64,000 nucleotides of DNA from the NCBI GenBank assembly GCA_951406725.2, contig OX597842.1:28582001-28646000 (forward strand). Reading direction: 5' to 3'. Below are positions 25,580-38,911 of this stretch, one piece after another. The notes beneath the pieces are model-generated. The model saw only the letters and a program-made list of their open reading frames with translations. It searched no databases and had not been told where the DNA came from. The stretch is from Octopus vulgaris. Taxonomy: Eukaryota. The stretch's first letter is position 1. Each line of letters opens with the position of its first letter. Position numbers and translations under genes: made by a program.

Positions 25580-27230
25580 CTAGCAGAATTGCCCGGCGTT
25601 GCTCGGGGCTCAATTGCTTGAAAGTACTGTTAATGATTGCACTGAATTATGATGATTATTCAGGCAAATATTGATATAAGCTTACGGTGGGAGATAAGGA
25701 CTTAACGATCAAACGTGTGCCATTGCATTGTTTTGGGGGAACCAAATTTCTGATGAGCATTACCGGGGCACCAACTTTAAGTTTGAGAAAATGTGGTGGT
25801 AGTCCGGGGTGCTCAAAGGAATTGAGTACCTCTATTGGATAGTTGATGACGTCCTCTGGGTCAGGAGTTGTATCGATAGACTGATATACATAGACTTCCC
25901 CAGGAATGAGTTTTAGCATTTCATCATTAATATGGTGAACAGTTTTATTCCTCGGGGCCAGTATAGCCTTTTTGCCAATCCAATCCATATTCTGATAATT
26001 AGCTTGTAGATCTGGGAACACTGCATCTCTGAGATCAGAAGGCGTCTTAACAATGTTACAAATGGAATCGATGGCAATATTACCATTTTCATCCCCTGGT
26101 ATTTTGCCTTCGCCAAGTGCAAGGAGGGTGTGAGGAAATGCCGCTGATGTGATATTACGTCGCATATGAGCACGCATATTGGTGTGAAGTTTGAGAGTTA
26201 CTTCCCTTTATTTAAAAAAATATGCATTAAAATGGAAAAAAATGATGGTAAATTATTTGTAAAATCATAGACTCATCGTAGACGCGCTAATACCCAGAAG
26301 GGCTCGATATGAATCACGACTATAAGATACCCGGTTTTGGTTAAACTGCATCGCAAAATGTGGGAGTAGTTAGGAATCTAAATCGGAGTAGACAGACACA
26401 CAACCTTTCTTTTATATATAAATATTTTCATCCTAAAAAACTTTGTATGGATTGAATGGTTACCTCTATGGAAATATATACACGCACATTATACATACAT
26501 GTGTGTATAGATGAATATATAAATACATTTAAATATCTATATACACTTTTGGGCGATCTTTCTGTTTATTAGAGATAACTTTAGATCTTATTTTCGTCCT
26601 AAAAAACTTTGTATGGAGTGAATGGTTACCTCTATGGAAATATATACACACACATTATACATACATCTGTGTATAGATGAATATATAAATACATTTAAAC
26701 ATCTATATACACTTTTGGGCGATCTTTCTGCTACTTGGATATAGGTCTTATATTCGTCCTAAAAAACTTTCCTGTCACACTCACGCACACGCACACACAC
26801 ACACACACGCACCCTCACACACACACACACGCACACATACACACACTCACACACACGCACACACACACGTTAGCTTACAATTTTATTTATATATTTGCGT
26901 GTCTATGTGTGTAAAGAGGAAGTGGCAGAGTGAAAGAGTCACTCAGTACAAAAAGTGAATTACTTTCACTTTATTCGTTGCACACTGTGTGTGTGCATGT
27001 GCGTGTGGTGTAGGCCACACTAAGAAAAGCATTTGACTTATACACCACAATGTGAGTTTTCTCTAAATTTTGCTTAATTGGGGTTGAAATTTTAAAAACT
27101 GGACCTGGCACGACCCGATGCATTCTACTGTTAAAAATGCTAGGTAAATTGTAATTGAAGAAATCCTATATTGTAGATTTCTATAAGAGACAAAGGGAGG
27201 CAGATAAAATCTGCCTTTTATAATAAGAGA
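25580..27230 (-). mobile_element. Internally deleted Helitron carrying a PIF1-type helicase fragment
   Basis: On the minus strand: 5' TC (27230), 3' hairpin cccgagcaacgccggg then CTAG (25580-83), inserted at an A|T site. An internal ~168-bp tandem duplication lies at ~26425-26730. Confidence 0.85.
25656..26200 (-). pseudogene. Helitron RepHel PIF1 helicase fragment
   Basis: KAILAPRNKTVHHIN, YPIEVLNSFEHPGLPPHFLKLKVGAPVMLIRNL..CNGTRL are PIF1 motifs. Confidence 0.9.
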
Positions 27231-27477
27231 TTCATATTTATAATGTATAATTTATAAATTTTAATTCTTTAATTTTAATTTCAAAGTATCATTTTTCTTC
27301 TTAATTTTTAATCTTTAATGCTTAATTGTATTGCGTATTTTTAAAGGGATGTAAAATTAGATATATAATATTTTCAAATAGAACCTGAAGATGTGTTGGA
27401 ATAATTGTAAATCTGACAATTGCATATATGTATTTATATATGTATATATATGGGTATACAGTTGTGTATATGTATGT

Positions 27478-28303
27478 ATATTGCTGATGACCTTGCTCTA
27501 ATTGCTGAGTCACTATCAGAACTGGAGGAGAAGTTTCAGGTGTGGAAACAAGGATTAGAATCGAAGGGGCCTTAGAATCAACCTAGCTAAAACTGAAGTC
27601 CTAATAAGTAGGAAGGTAGACAAATCACAAACGCTTTCAGGTAGATGGCCCTGCTCAATCTGTAGAAAAGGCGTAGGTAGAAACTCTATAAGATGCACCA
27701 AGTGTAAGCTATGAACACATAAGAGGTGCAGCAATGTCAAAAGAAGGCTAACTGGGAAAATAGTTTTAGTATGCGGCAGATGCTCAGGAGCAATAAACAT
27801 TGAAAATGCTCTGAGACCAACTTCTGCCACTTTCCAGGGAGAAAAACTAGAAGTAGTTGATAGCTTCCGTTACCTAGGTGACCAAGTCAGTAGCAGGGGC
27901 GGGTGTGCTGAAAGTGTAAATGCTAGAGTAAGAATAGCCTGGGCAAAGTTCAGAGAGCTCTTACCTCTGCTGGTGACAAAAGGCCTCTCGCTCAGAGTAA
28001 AAGGCAGACTGTATGATGCATGTGTACAAACAGCCATGCTACATGGCAGTGAAGCATGGGCCGTAACTGCTGAGGATATGCGTAAGCTCGCAAGAAATGA
28101 AGCCAGTATGCTCTGATGGATGTGTAATGTCAGTGTTCATACTCGACAGAGTGTAGGTACCTTGAGAGAAATGTTGGACCTAGGAAGCATCAGTTGTGGT
28201 GTGCAAGAGAGACATTTGCACTGGTATGGTCATGTGGTGAGAATGGATGAAGATAGTTGTGTGAAAAAGTGCCACACCCTGGCAGTTGAGGGAACCTGTG
28301 GAA
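27478..28303 (+). mobile_element. RTE-like LINE RT C-terminal fragment
   Basis: ADDL at ~27483, a Cys-rich insert (CSIC..C.KC...H.RC), FRYLGDQ, LHGSEAW, HWYGHV; disrupted by stops. Confidence 0.88.
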
Positions 28304-28866
28304 ACCAAAGTTTGAAGGGATAGAATCTGCGGATAGTAGAGTCACCATGGCTGGCATTTCTTAACGACAGACAGCAACATAGTGGCAGTTTAACAGCTGG
28401 CATAAAATTTTGAACTTGATGTAGAAGAAAATTCCTAAACACCAAGCTTTGAATTGATTCTTTCTCACGACAGTGGACTCACCATGGCAAGCATTTAAAT
28501 CTTCTTCATCATGGACGGCAACACATTGACGATTTAAAGACTGGCACAAATTTTGATGTAACAGAGAATTCCCAAACACCCGCTCCTGTAAATTTTAATC
28601 CCCTCCTAGCCCCATTAGACCCCTTTTCACATTTTGGTTAATATAACCTGATTTCATTCAGGTTTACTTGGGCCACATTTTATGAAGAATTTTGTCCTAG
28701 AGGTCATGCCTTTCATTTGAGGAATATAATAGTTGCCATGCAAACTCGCCTGCACTTTTAACATAGGTGTGCATATTTTCAGCTCAACCGACCACATAAT
28801 GCACACATTATATATATATGTGTGTGTGTGTGTGTGTATATATGCATTATATATACAAATGTATAC

Positions 28867-28910
<44 letters not shown>

Positions 28911-30080
28911 AATACAGATATATGCACTTTATATATATACATTATATATACATATATATATATAGAACACACACACACACACACATATAAATTAACACAA
29001 TAAATATCTGATTCATAATATTTGTTCCCATGATTTGTGTGGTGGTGATGGCCATAATAAAACTCTCTATGAATGCAGACAGACATACAGAGAGAGGGAG
29101 ACTGGGGGGGGGGAAGAGGGACAGCGCTGGCGAAGGCAGCTGGGGGAAAGATAGTAGTATCTGTCAAACGTTGTTATAGAGAGAATGTGATGGGAAGGGA
29201 GGAAAGAGAGAGAGAGATGGAGGAAGACATGTAGATAAGAGGATGAGAGGAGACTTGTCAAAGTGTGCGTTTTTCGCCCAAGTAACCACATCCTTTTAAG
29301 ATAGGGATTTCTAACTTAGCCCAGTCGCATCCTCACCTCATTTTATACGTCCCTGTAAATTTTGGAGTCAATCCGACGGGATCTAGTGGCCTTTAACCTG
29401 TTCCAATGCCTAAACCAGACAAAAACTTTTCACATTTCAGAATTATAATATATAGATATATATAAATTAGAAAAAAAACCCACCTTTTATCAATTCAATA
29501 ATGAAAAATGAAATTATACCATCTAGAAAATTACATATTATAGAAAGATTAAATAGAAAATAGAAAATATAACGATGATTAAGTAATTTGCAGGTGGCTG
29601 AGTGCTCCACAGACATGTATGCTCTTAATGTAGATCTGGGGGAGAGTCATTGTGACACAGAATGTGACAAGGCTGGCCCCTTTGAAATTACCGGTGCGTC
29701 TCATGTTTGCCAGCTGAGTGAAGTGGAGCAATGTGAAATAAAGTGTCTTGCTCAAGGATACAGCACATCGCCAGGAATTGAACTCACAATTTTATGATTG
29801 TGGACTGAACACACTAACCTCAAGCCATCACCTTCACGTGTGTGTGGTTAGATGCTTGATTACCAGCTACATGGTTCCGGGTTCAGTCCCACTGTGTGAC
29901 ACCTTGGGTAAATGTCTTCTACTATAGCCTCAGGCCGCCCAAAGCGTTGTGAATGGATTTGGTAGACGGAAACTGAAAGAAGCCCGTCGTATATATGTAT
30001 GTATATATATATATTTTTACTTGTTTCAGTCATTTTGACTGCAGCCATGCTGGAGCACCACCTTTAATCGAGCAACTCAA

Positions 30081-31146
30081 TTTTCTTTCAAGCCTATGCA
30101 TGTCCTCTGCAGTCACAGCCCATGTTTCACTACCGTGAAGCATAGCAGTTCACACACGTGCATCATACAATCTACTTTTCACTCTGAGTGAGAGACCCTT
30201 TGTCGCCAGTAGGGGTAGAAGCTTTCTAAACTTTACCCAGTCTATTCGTATTCTAGTGGTGACAATCTCTGAGCATCTACCCCTACTACTAATTTGGTCA
30301 CCTAGGTAGTGGAAACTATCAACTACTTCTAGTGTCTCCCCCTGGAGTGTGATGGAATCTGTTTTCTGAGTATCTGTGGTGTCTATTGCCCCTGTGCATC
30401 TGCCGCACATGAAAGCTACACATGACAGTGTGTAAGTGCCCTGAGAGAAATGCTGGACATAAGAAGCATCGGATGTGGCATGCAAAAGAGACATTTGAGT
30501 TGGTATGGTCATGTACTATGGATGGATGAGGAGAGATGTATGAAGAAGTGCCACTCCCAAACAGTTGAAGGAATCCGGGGTAGAGGTAGACCCAGGAAGA
30601 CATGGGATGAGGTGGTCAAGCATGACCTTCGAATGTTGGGCCTCACAGAAGCAATGACAAAAGACCGAGACCTCTGGAGATATGCTGTGACTGCAAAGAC
30701 CCGACAAATAATGTGAGTTCATGGCTGTTTCCTGCACCAGCTTCACATAGAAGCCCCAGCCCATCCAAAGTACCTTGGATCACAGGATGGCCTGCTGTGC
30801 TTACCTTGAATCGTAGGGTGACCTGCTGTGCTCGAGGAGACCCATTGAGGCAAGTGCATCAACATCAAAATAAAAATCAAATGGAAATTGTAGTTCTGAT
30901 ACCCATGCCAGTGGCAAGTGAAAAGCACCAACCGATCGTGGCCATTACCAGCCTCCTCTGTTGGTGGCATGTAAAAAGCACCCACTACACTCATGGAGTG
31001 GTTGGCATTATGAAGGGCATCCAGCTGTAGAAACACTGCCAGATCAGACTGGGGCCTGATGCAGCCTCCTGGCTTCCCAGACCCCAGTTGAACCGTCCAA
31101 CCCATGCTAGCATGGAAAACGGACGTTAAACGATGATGATGATGAT
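30081..31146 (+). mobile_element. RTE-like LINE 3' end with inverted 5' segment
   Basis: 30081-~30420 encodes the upstream RT part on the minus strand; ~30424-30716 encodes the downstream part on plus, followed by the 3' UTR and (GAT)n. Confidence 0.8.
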
Positions 31147-31739
31147 ATATATATATATATATATAAGCAAAACATTCAAACACTGAGATTTGAAATCAGA
31201 TGTCGCTACTATTCACATCATCTGTGGATAAATTTTTAAATTGATGATATCACCAGCAGCGACACAGGTGGATCGCAGGTGCAACAGCATTAAATAGCTA
31301 TGATTTATATATTTGCTCAGTCTCACTGTGTGGCCCCCTTGTAATTATTTTATCGGTCTCTTTTGCTGAACTGCTAAGTTACAGGTACATAAGCACACCA
31401 GCATCGGTTGTCAAGCGATGCTGGAGAGACAAACAAACACACACACACGCACTGTCCATTGTACACCCTGATGACATTCAGTCCAAGCTATTTAAAATGC
31501 CAAATTATATATTTATATATCATCATCATCGTTTAACGTCCGTTTTCCGCGCTAACACGGGTTGGACGGTTCGACCGGGGTCTGGGAAGCCAGGGGCTGC
31601 TCCAGGCTCCAGTCTGATCTGGCAGAGTTTCTATGGCTGGATGCCCTTCCTAACGCCTACAATATGTTTTGTAATTTTAATTATGTTTATGAAATGAAAC
31701 AATTGTAGGTGAATATGTTAATTAATTAACAAATTGATT

Positions 31740-32189
31740 TGTATCCATTAGATATCTTTGGAGAAGACTTTTACGGATTCCATGGACAGCGAGGCTCACC
31801 AATGGAGAAGTACTTAAGCAGATCAGGCCGAAAATGTCGCAAGAAGCTTGGATCACCAAGCATAGATTGGCACATTTCAGTCATATTATGAGGAGAAAAT
31901 CCCTGGAGAAGGACATCATGCTTGGAATGGTCAGTGTGGCAAGAGAGGAAGAGGCTGACCAAGAACCCACTGGCTTGACACTATCAAGAGTGACACGGGA
32001 ATGGCCATAGCCAATCTGAAAGAAGCGGCCCAGGATAGAACTGACTGGAGGACACTGATCCAACGAGTGACCGAGAGTCGACTTCGACTAAGCGAATGGA
32101 CAGACAGATAGACAGACAGATAGACAGACAAATAGATAGATAGATAGAAAGAAAGATAGGTATATAGATAGATAGGAAGATAGATAGGG

Positions 32190-32220
<31 letters not shown>

Positions 32221-32283
32221 CACACACTGATAGATAGATAGACAGACAGACACACACTGATAGATAGATAGACAGATAGATAA

Positions 32284-32331
<48 letters not shown>

Positions 32332-32418
32332 GTAGATAGATAGATAGATAGATAGATAGACAGACACACACTGATAGATAGATAGATATATAAGAAGATA
32401 GATAGACAGACACACACT

Positions 32419-32484
<66 letters not shown>

Positions 32485-32505
32485 CAGACACACACTGATA
32501 GATAG
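31740..32505 (+). mobile_element. RTE (BovB-like) 3' end running into a ~400-bp (TAGA)n microsatellite
   Basis: Encodes SLEKDIMLGMV...[10 protein letters not shown]...[22 protein letters not shown], directly followed by gata/gaca repeats. Confidence 0.8.
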
Positions 32506-32733
32506 ACCTCTTTGTTTTCTAACTCGATAATATATCAATATATACGACGGGCTGCTTTCACTTTCCGTTTACCAAATCCACTCACAAGGCTTTGGTCAGC
32601 CCTAGGCTATAGTAGAAGACACTTGTCCACGGTGCCACGCAGTGAGACTGAACCCGGAACCCTGCGTTTGGGAAGTAAGAAGCTTACCGCACAACCACGC
32701 TGTACACACTGCGTGCGGTTAAGTGACGCAACA

Positions 32734-32776
<43 letters not shown>

Positions 32777-32819
32777 TAATCACAACACATCGCATACACA
32801 CACACAAACATAAATCTGG

Positions 32820-33275
32820 CGATGAGAGGAGGGAGAGAGCAAAAAAAGAACGAACATGAGAGAAGTGATAGAGGGTGAAAGTGAAAGACAAGGAAAAATG
32901 AGAGAGAGTGAGAGGTTGAGTAGAGGGAGGAGAGATAGAGGGTGAAAGTGAAAGACAAAGAAAAAGGAGAGAGTGAGAGGTTGAGTAGAGGGTGAAAGTG
33001 ATAGACAAAGACAAATGAGGGAGTGAGAGGTTGAGTAGATGGCGAAAGTGAAAGACAAAGAAGGAGACAGAGAGTGAACGGTTGCGTATTGGGAGGAGAG
33101 ATGGAGGGTGAAAGTGAAAGACAAGGAAAAAGGAGAGAGGGAGAGGTTGAGTAGAGGGCGAAAGTGAAAGACAAAGAAGGAGACAGAGAGTGAACGGTTG
33201 TGTATTGGGAGGAGAGATGGAGGGTGAAAGACAAGGAAAAAGGAGTGAGTGAGTGGTTGAGTAGAGGGAGGAGAA
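32820..33275. repeat. Purine-rich ~45-55-bp minisatellite
   Basis: Recurring gagggtgaaagtgaaagacaa...gagagtgagaggttgagta. Confidence 0.85.
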
Positions 33276-33769
33276 AGCAAACGCTGCCTTCGCTGTGCAT
33301 GCTGGGTAATTTGTTTCTCTTCAGTGAACAGCGTGTCGTCCATTTGTCTGTCGTTTTGGATCCCAACCTACGTAAGTCATGGCTTATTTTAACATCTTTC
33401 TAAACCTTTACCAACCGCGAAATCACCCACATCTCGTCAAGGAAAGTCTCATCCATTAAATACACTAATTTTTAGAAGAATATTAATTACCTAAAGGCCT
33501 TAAATTTCTTGCCCAATTTCTATGCTTCGTGTTTTCTTCAAATCATGGCGACTTCTGACCAAATCTCCGCCAATAATTATGTTTAATTTTCATCGTTTTC
33601 TGAGCCATAATCTCACAAAATATCCACTCGTTTCCCTCAATATTTCTCTTGGTTATCTAACGCTCGTATATTATAGAAATAAACATGATATTAAGTCCTT
33701 AATTAACCCTACCAAACGATCGTCTGCCTCCTCTTAATTAAGCTCCATTTTCATTATCTTCGCTCCGAC

Positions 33770-35202
33770 TCTCTTTTACTCTCTTTTACTTGTTTCAGTC
33801 CAATTTGACTGCGGCCATGCTGTAGCACCGCCTTTTTAGTCGAGCGAATCGACCCCCCGGCACTTATTCTTTTTGTAAGCCCAGTACTTATTCTATCGGT
33901 CCCTTTTTGTCGAACCGCTAGGTGACGGGGACGTAAACACACCAGCATCGGTTGTCAAGCAATGCTAGGGGGACAAACACAGACACACAAACACACACAC
34001 ACACGCATACATATATATGGTACATATATATATATGCATATATATATATACATATATATGGTACATATATATATATATGCATATATATATATACATATAT
34101 ATGGTACATATATATATATATGCATATATATATATACATATATATGGTACATATATATATATATGCATATATATATATACATATATATGGTACATATATA
34201 TATATATGCATATACATATATATATATATGCATATACATATATATATATATGCATATATATATATATGCATATATATGGTACATATATATATATATATGC
34301 ATATATATATGTGAAGGCGCATGGCTCAGTGGTTAGAGCGTCGAGCTTACGACCATGAGGTTGTGAGCTCGAATCCCGGATCGGGCTGCGTGTTGTGTTC
34401 TTGAGCGAGACACTTTATTTCACATTGCTCCAGTTCACTCAGCTGTAGAAATGAGTTGCGACGTCACAGGTGCCAAGCTGTATCGGCCCCTTTGCCTTTC
34501 CCTTGGATAACACTGGTGGCGTGGAGAGGGGAAGCCGGTATGCATGGGCGACTGCTGGTCTTCCATAAAACAACCTTGCCCAGACTTCTAGGTGCAAACC
34601 CATGGTCAGTGTCTGACCGAAGGGGGGTCACATGGTACATATATATGGTACATATATGTATATATGCATATATATAAATATATATATATACATACATATA
34701 TATATGGTACATATATATATATGGTACATATATATATACATATATATGGTACATATATATATATATATGCATATATATATATATATATATATGGTACATA
34801 TATATATACATATATATGGTACATATATATACATATATGGTACATATATATATATATGCATATATATATATATATATATATGGTACATATATATATATAT
34901 GCATATATATATGGTACATATATATATATATGCATATATATATGGTACATATATATATATATATATATATGTGGAGGCGCAATGGCCTAGTGGTTAGGGC
35001 AGCGGACTCGCGGTCGCAGGATCGCGGTTTCGATTCTCAGACCGGGCGTTGTGTGTGTTTATTGAGCGAAAACACCTAAAAGCTCTACGAGGCTCCGGCA
35101 GGGGGTGGTGATCCCTGCTGTACTCTTTCACCACAATGGCGGTGCCCCAGCATGGCCACAGCTCAAGAGCTGAAACTGGAAAACATGCATATATATATAT
35201 AC

Positions 35203-35257
<55 letters not shown>

Positions 35258-35262
35258 GATGC

Positions 35263-35300
<38 letters not shown>

Positions 35301-35302
35301 GA

Positions 35303-35342
<40 letters not shown>

Positions 35343-35512
35343 TATATATATATATACGACAGGCTTCTTTCAGTTTCCGTCTTCCAAATCAATTCACAAG
35401 GCATTGGTCGGCCCGGTGCTATAGCAGAAGACACTTGCCCAAGATGCCACGCAGTGGGACTGAACCCGGAACCATGTGGTTGGTAAGCAAGCTACTTACC
35501 ACACAGCCACTA
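33770..35512 (-). mobile_element. Dominant SINE whose internal microsatellite hosts two other tRNA-SINEs (34313-34630, 34972-35185; both +)
   Basis: Outer SINE tail at 33770-33990 and head at 35355-35512. Inner heads are ggcgcatggctcagtggttagagcg and ggcgcaatggcctagtggttagggc. Confidence 0.8.
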
Positions 35513-35703
35513 CTATTCTTCGCTTTCGTCTTTTTATCTCTTGTACCTTTGCTTCCAAAATTCTCCGGTTCCGGACGACAGCATTTCAAATATATCTTCG
35601 AGTCGTTGAATTGCGGCCATGCTGGAGCACCGCCTTTGAATGTAAAACTTTTAAAGTCGCCTAGTGTTTAATCTAGCGGTTGTTTATGCCGAGGGGCTAA
35701 GTG

Positions 35704-35947
35704 ATTTCAACGTAAACAAACAAACACCGGTCATTGGTACTACTTAAGAAGAGTGGTCCCTGTGCGCGCACTCGCGCTAGCTAGTCGTGACTAGTCGATT
35801 GTACGACTATCCTGCAAAGTAAATAAAACAAATAATTTTTCTTTAAACAAAGTAAGGATCGACTAGTCACGACTAGCTAGCGCGAGTGCGCGCACCGGAC
35901 CACTCTTAAGTAGTAACCCAAAATTTCAACGTAAACAAACAAACACC
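35704..35947. repeat. CpG-rich ~60-bp-arm hairpin insertion bracketed by 25-bp direct repeats
   Basis: Arms 35738-35799 and 35858-35915; direct repeat atttcaacgtaaacaaacaaacacc at 35704-28 and 35923-47. Confidence 0.88.
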
Positions 35948-36449
35948 AGTTATCAAGTGCTGTCGGAGAAGACGCACATATATACTATAGTTGAGAGGTT
36001 TGCTTCCCAACCACATGATTCTTGGGCAAGTGTCTTCTATAGCCCCAGGCCGACCAAAGCCTTGCGAATAGCTTTTATAACAGAAACTGAAAGAAGCCTG
36101 TCGTGTGACGGTCGCATCACTGCTTCATAACCGGTATTGGTTTGTTTACGTCCCCGCAGCCTAGCGGGTCGGCAAAAGAGACCGAAAGAATTCCCCCGAT
36201 ACTAAGGGTACTAAGGTCCATTCGTTCGACGATGATTCTTCAAGATATTGCTCCAGCATGGCCGCAGTCAAATAAGCTGGAACAAGTTGGTTCTTTGAAT
36301 ATCTGGTTTTGGTACTTTCATAATCACACGGCGGGTTTCCACGCAGTTTCCGTCTACCAAGGCTTTAATCGGCCGGAGCCACTGGCTCAAGATGCCAAGT
36401 TGTGGTACCGAACCTGGAACCATGTGATCGATAAGTAAACACATGTATC

Positions 36450-38320
36450 GTGCCCTTAATTTTGCCGCTCAAAATTTCCTGTGCTCGGAGCGACCCTTTG
36501 TCAATAATTGTGTATTTTCTATCCTTTCTTAGATGCAGTTTTAACCCCCAAAACGTCCGAAAGGGTTTGTCTGTATTTGTCTCAGCCACAAAAGGAGGGT
36601 CTTTATATGAGAATTAAATATACAAGGCCCTTAGTTTTGCTGTGGAAACTGTTGTTTGCTTTTGTATCTCGTGTTCCATGTGAATCCTCCCCCTCTTGTG
36701 GACGGGTTTCGGGTTTTGGCCCCTTCATGTCCAAAATTGTTTATTTTTAAGGATACCGATTCTTTAATTACCTAATCTTCGAAATAAATTCCCAATATTT
36801 GAATGAATTTTCGAACAAGGGCCATTTTATGGGAATATATATTCCTATAAAAAGAAGCCCTTAATTTCGGTGTGAAAACTGTTGCATGTTTGTTTTCCTC
36901 ATTAAATGTGTCCCGACACTATTTGGGAACCTACTTGTGTAAAACATTTACACTCTTTCTGGCCCCTTATCAGGGACATCATAGTATTTACAGGCCATCG
37001 AACAAACCAATGCATCGGACCCTATAGTATTTTTCTTTGACAGTCACACTATGCATAGATCAGAATTGGGGCGCCTAGACTCCGAGCACCCTCCCCAGGC
37101 AAGTCAATGCACTGCACCCTATAGAATTTGACAGTAATCCACAGAATACATTAGAATTGGGTTTCTAAACTGCTGAGAACCCCACCATCTCGAGGGGTGA
37201 ATGCCCTGGGTCTTATAGGTCTTGACAGTAAGCCAGAGGATGCATAGATCTTGAGGCAGCTGCCCATGCCTAAAAACGGTCTTGCAAACCCCGTCCCCAA
37301 ATGTTCTGTCAATGATTGAATTTTGATTGTGCCCTTAATTTTAGTGTCGAAATCCTTGTTTTTTTTTCTCCCCATCTCATTACATGTGTCGTTCATAATA
37401 GCGACAGCGTTTGTTTGTCAAGGCGGAAGAACCCTAACTCAGTGAAACCCACTTATTAGCCCTATTCTTTTGGAAAGGGGAAACCTGTAAAAAAAAAAAA
37501 ATATTTTCAGACTTAACTTAAATCTTAAAAGTGCCCTCCCCCCCTTACAGATCCAGTTAACCCATGTCCCTGCTTTTAAAGTGAGTCTCTTTATGGGAAT
37601 ATATATATATATCATACAAAGTCCTTAATTTTGCTGCCAATACTGTCGTGTGCTCTATGCTTTTCTCATGTTACATGTGTCCCCTTCAAAATGGCGACAT
37701 CGTCTAGGTTTTTATTTATTTATTTATTTTTGTGTGTGAATTCTTTTTAGGGCTCCGTGAAAAGCTACAAACCCCAACTTTGCAAAAGATGACCCCCTCC
37801 CCCAAATCTCATTCAATATTTGTTTGAGCTATGAAACGAGGGTCCTTTTTATGCGCGTGTCATGCGAAACCTTTACTTTCCGCTGTCGTCATCTCGCCAT
37901 GTGAGACGGGGTGGGGGTGCGTCTCAGACCTACAGCTTTCATTTTAACCCCTGCCCCTTAACTAACCCCAGATTTTCACTAAATATTTATATCACCTACT
38001 AACCTAGGGTCCTCCTGTATGACTATATGTAATGCGAAGTCTTTAATTTCGCTGTCGAAACTGCGGCCTGGCTTTTCTCTCCATGTTGTGTGTCTCGTTT
38101 GTATATGTCGACGACTGAGAGGGGAGGGGGGAGAGGTAGACTTTGAACCCAATTGTTTTAACTTTACTACGGCTCCCTTAACCCCGACCTGACTAATCCC
38201 AGATTTTCATTACATATTTTTATCATCTATTAAAGGAAAGGCTCCTTTTTATACGAATATATATATACCAAACGAAGCCCTTAACACTCGCATTTCTCTC
38301 TCTCCATGTTCGCTGTTGTC
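36450..38320. repeat. Degenerate tandem array, ~8 units of about 170-290 bp
   Basis: Anchor gcccttaattttgctgtcgaaact-like at ~36452, 36627, 36857, 37331, 37621, 37869, 38039, 38277, usually preceded by ...ttttatgggaatatatat. Confidence 0.7.
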
Positions 38321-38600
38321 GTTATTAATGGCGGGCAGGCGACTTGGTCGTCGTCGTCTGTCTTTCTTTCTAGCTCCTATCTCGCCGTTTTCCAGGCCTG
38401 CTTCTCGCCAGGAGACCCACCGGATTTATTCACGTATATCTCAGTTATTAAACGACTGGCTATTTTCTAGGAACTTGAATAATTCAACCAGAGATTAAAT
38501 AAATAAAAAAAAAGATGTCCGTTTATTCGTTCTTCGCCTCCGTCGTCGTCGTCATCGTGGTGTCTAGTCATTAATGGCCGACACCGAACAATGGTTTCGC
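38320..38600 (+). promoter_or_regulatory. CpG-rich region, candidate promoter/non-coding first exon of the SR gene
   Basis: Locally CpG-dense, non-repetitive, with aatggcg YY1-like motifs. The SR gene's ATG exon has an acceptor, so an upstream exon must exist; no clear donor was found. Confidence 0.35.
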
Positions 38601-38849
38601 TTTCTCTTTATTATTATTATTTTTTTTATTCTGCGGGTTTTCTATACAAGTCTAAGCAAAATGGCTATAAAATTTGGAAGAGAGTTGTAAAGAAAGGATC
38701 GGTGAAGGTTTTGATGTTGGAAATGAGCAAATTCGTGGAAAATAAACTGATATTTTTATGTATCTATCTATGTGTGTGTGTTGAAACGAAAACTCGTAGC
38801 ATGGATAGTGTTGAATTTTTGTATATATTAGATGTGCGTGTGTGTATGT

Positions 38850-38911
<62 letters not shown>

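Noticed and set aside
28310-29460. Possible further Helitron-like element with internal direct repeat
   Set aside because: A 5'-end-like motif near 29455 and a repeat at ~28335/28470 are visible, but no 3' hairpin-CTAG end was found.
34313-35050. tRNA genes at ~34315 and ~34975
   Set aside because: The tRNA-like heads lack a proper acceptor stem and continue into SINE bodies.
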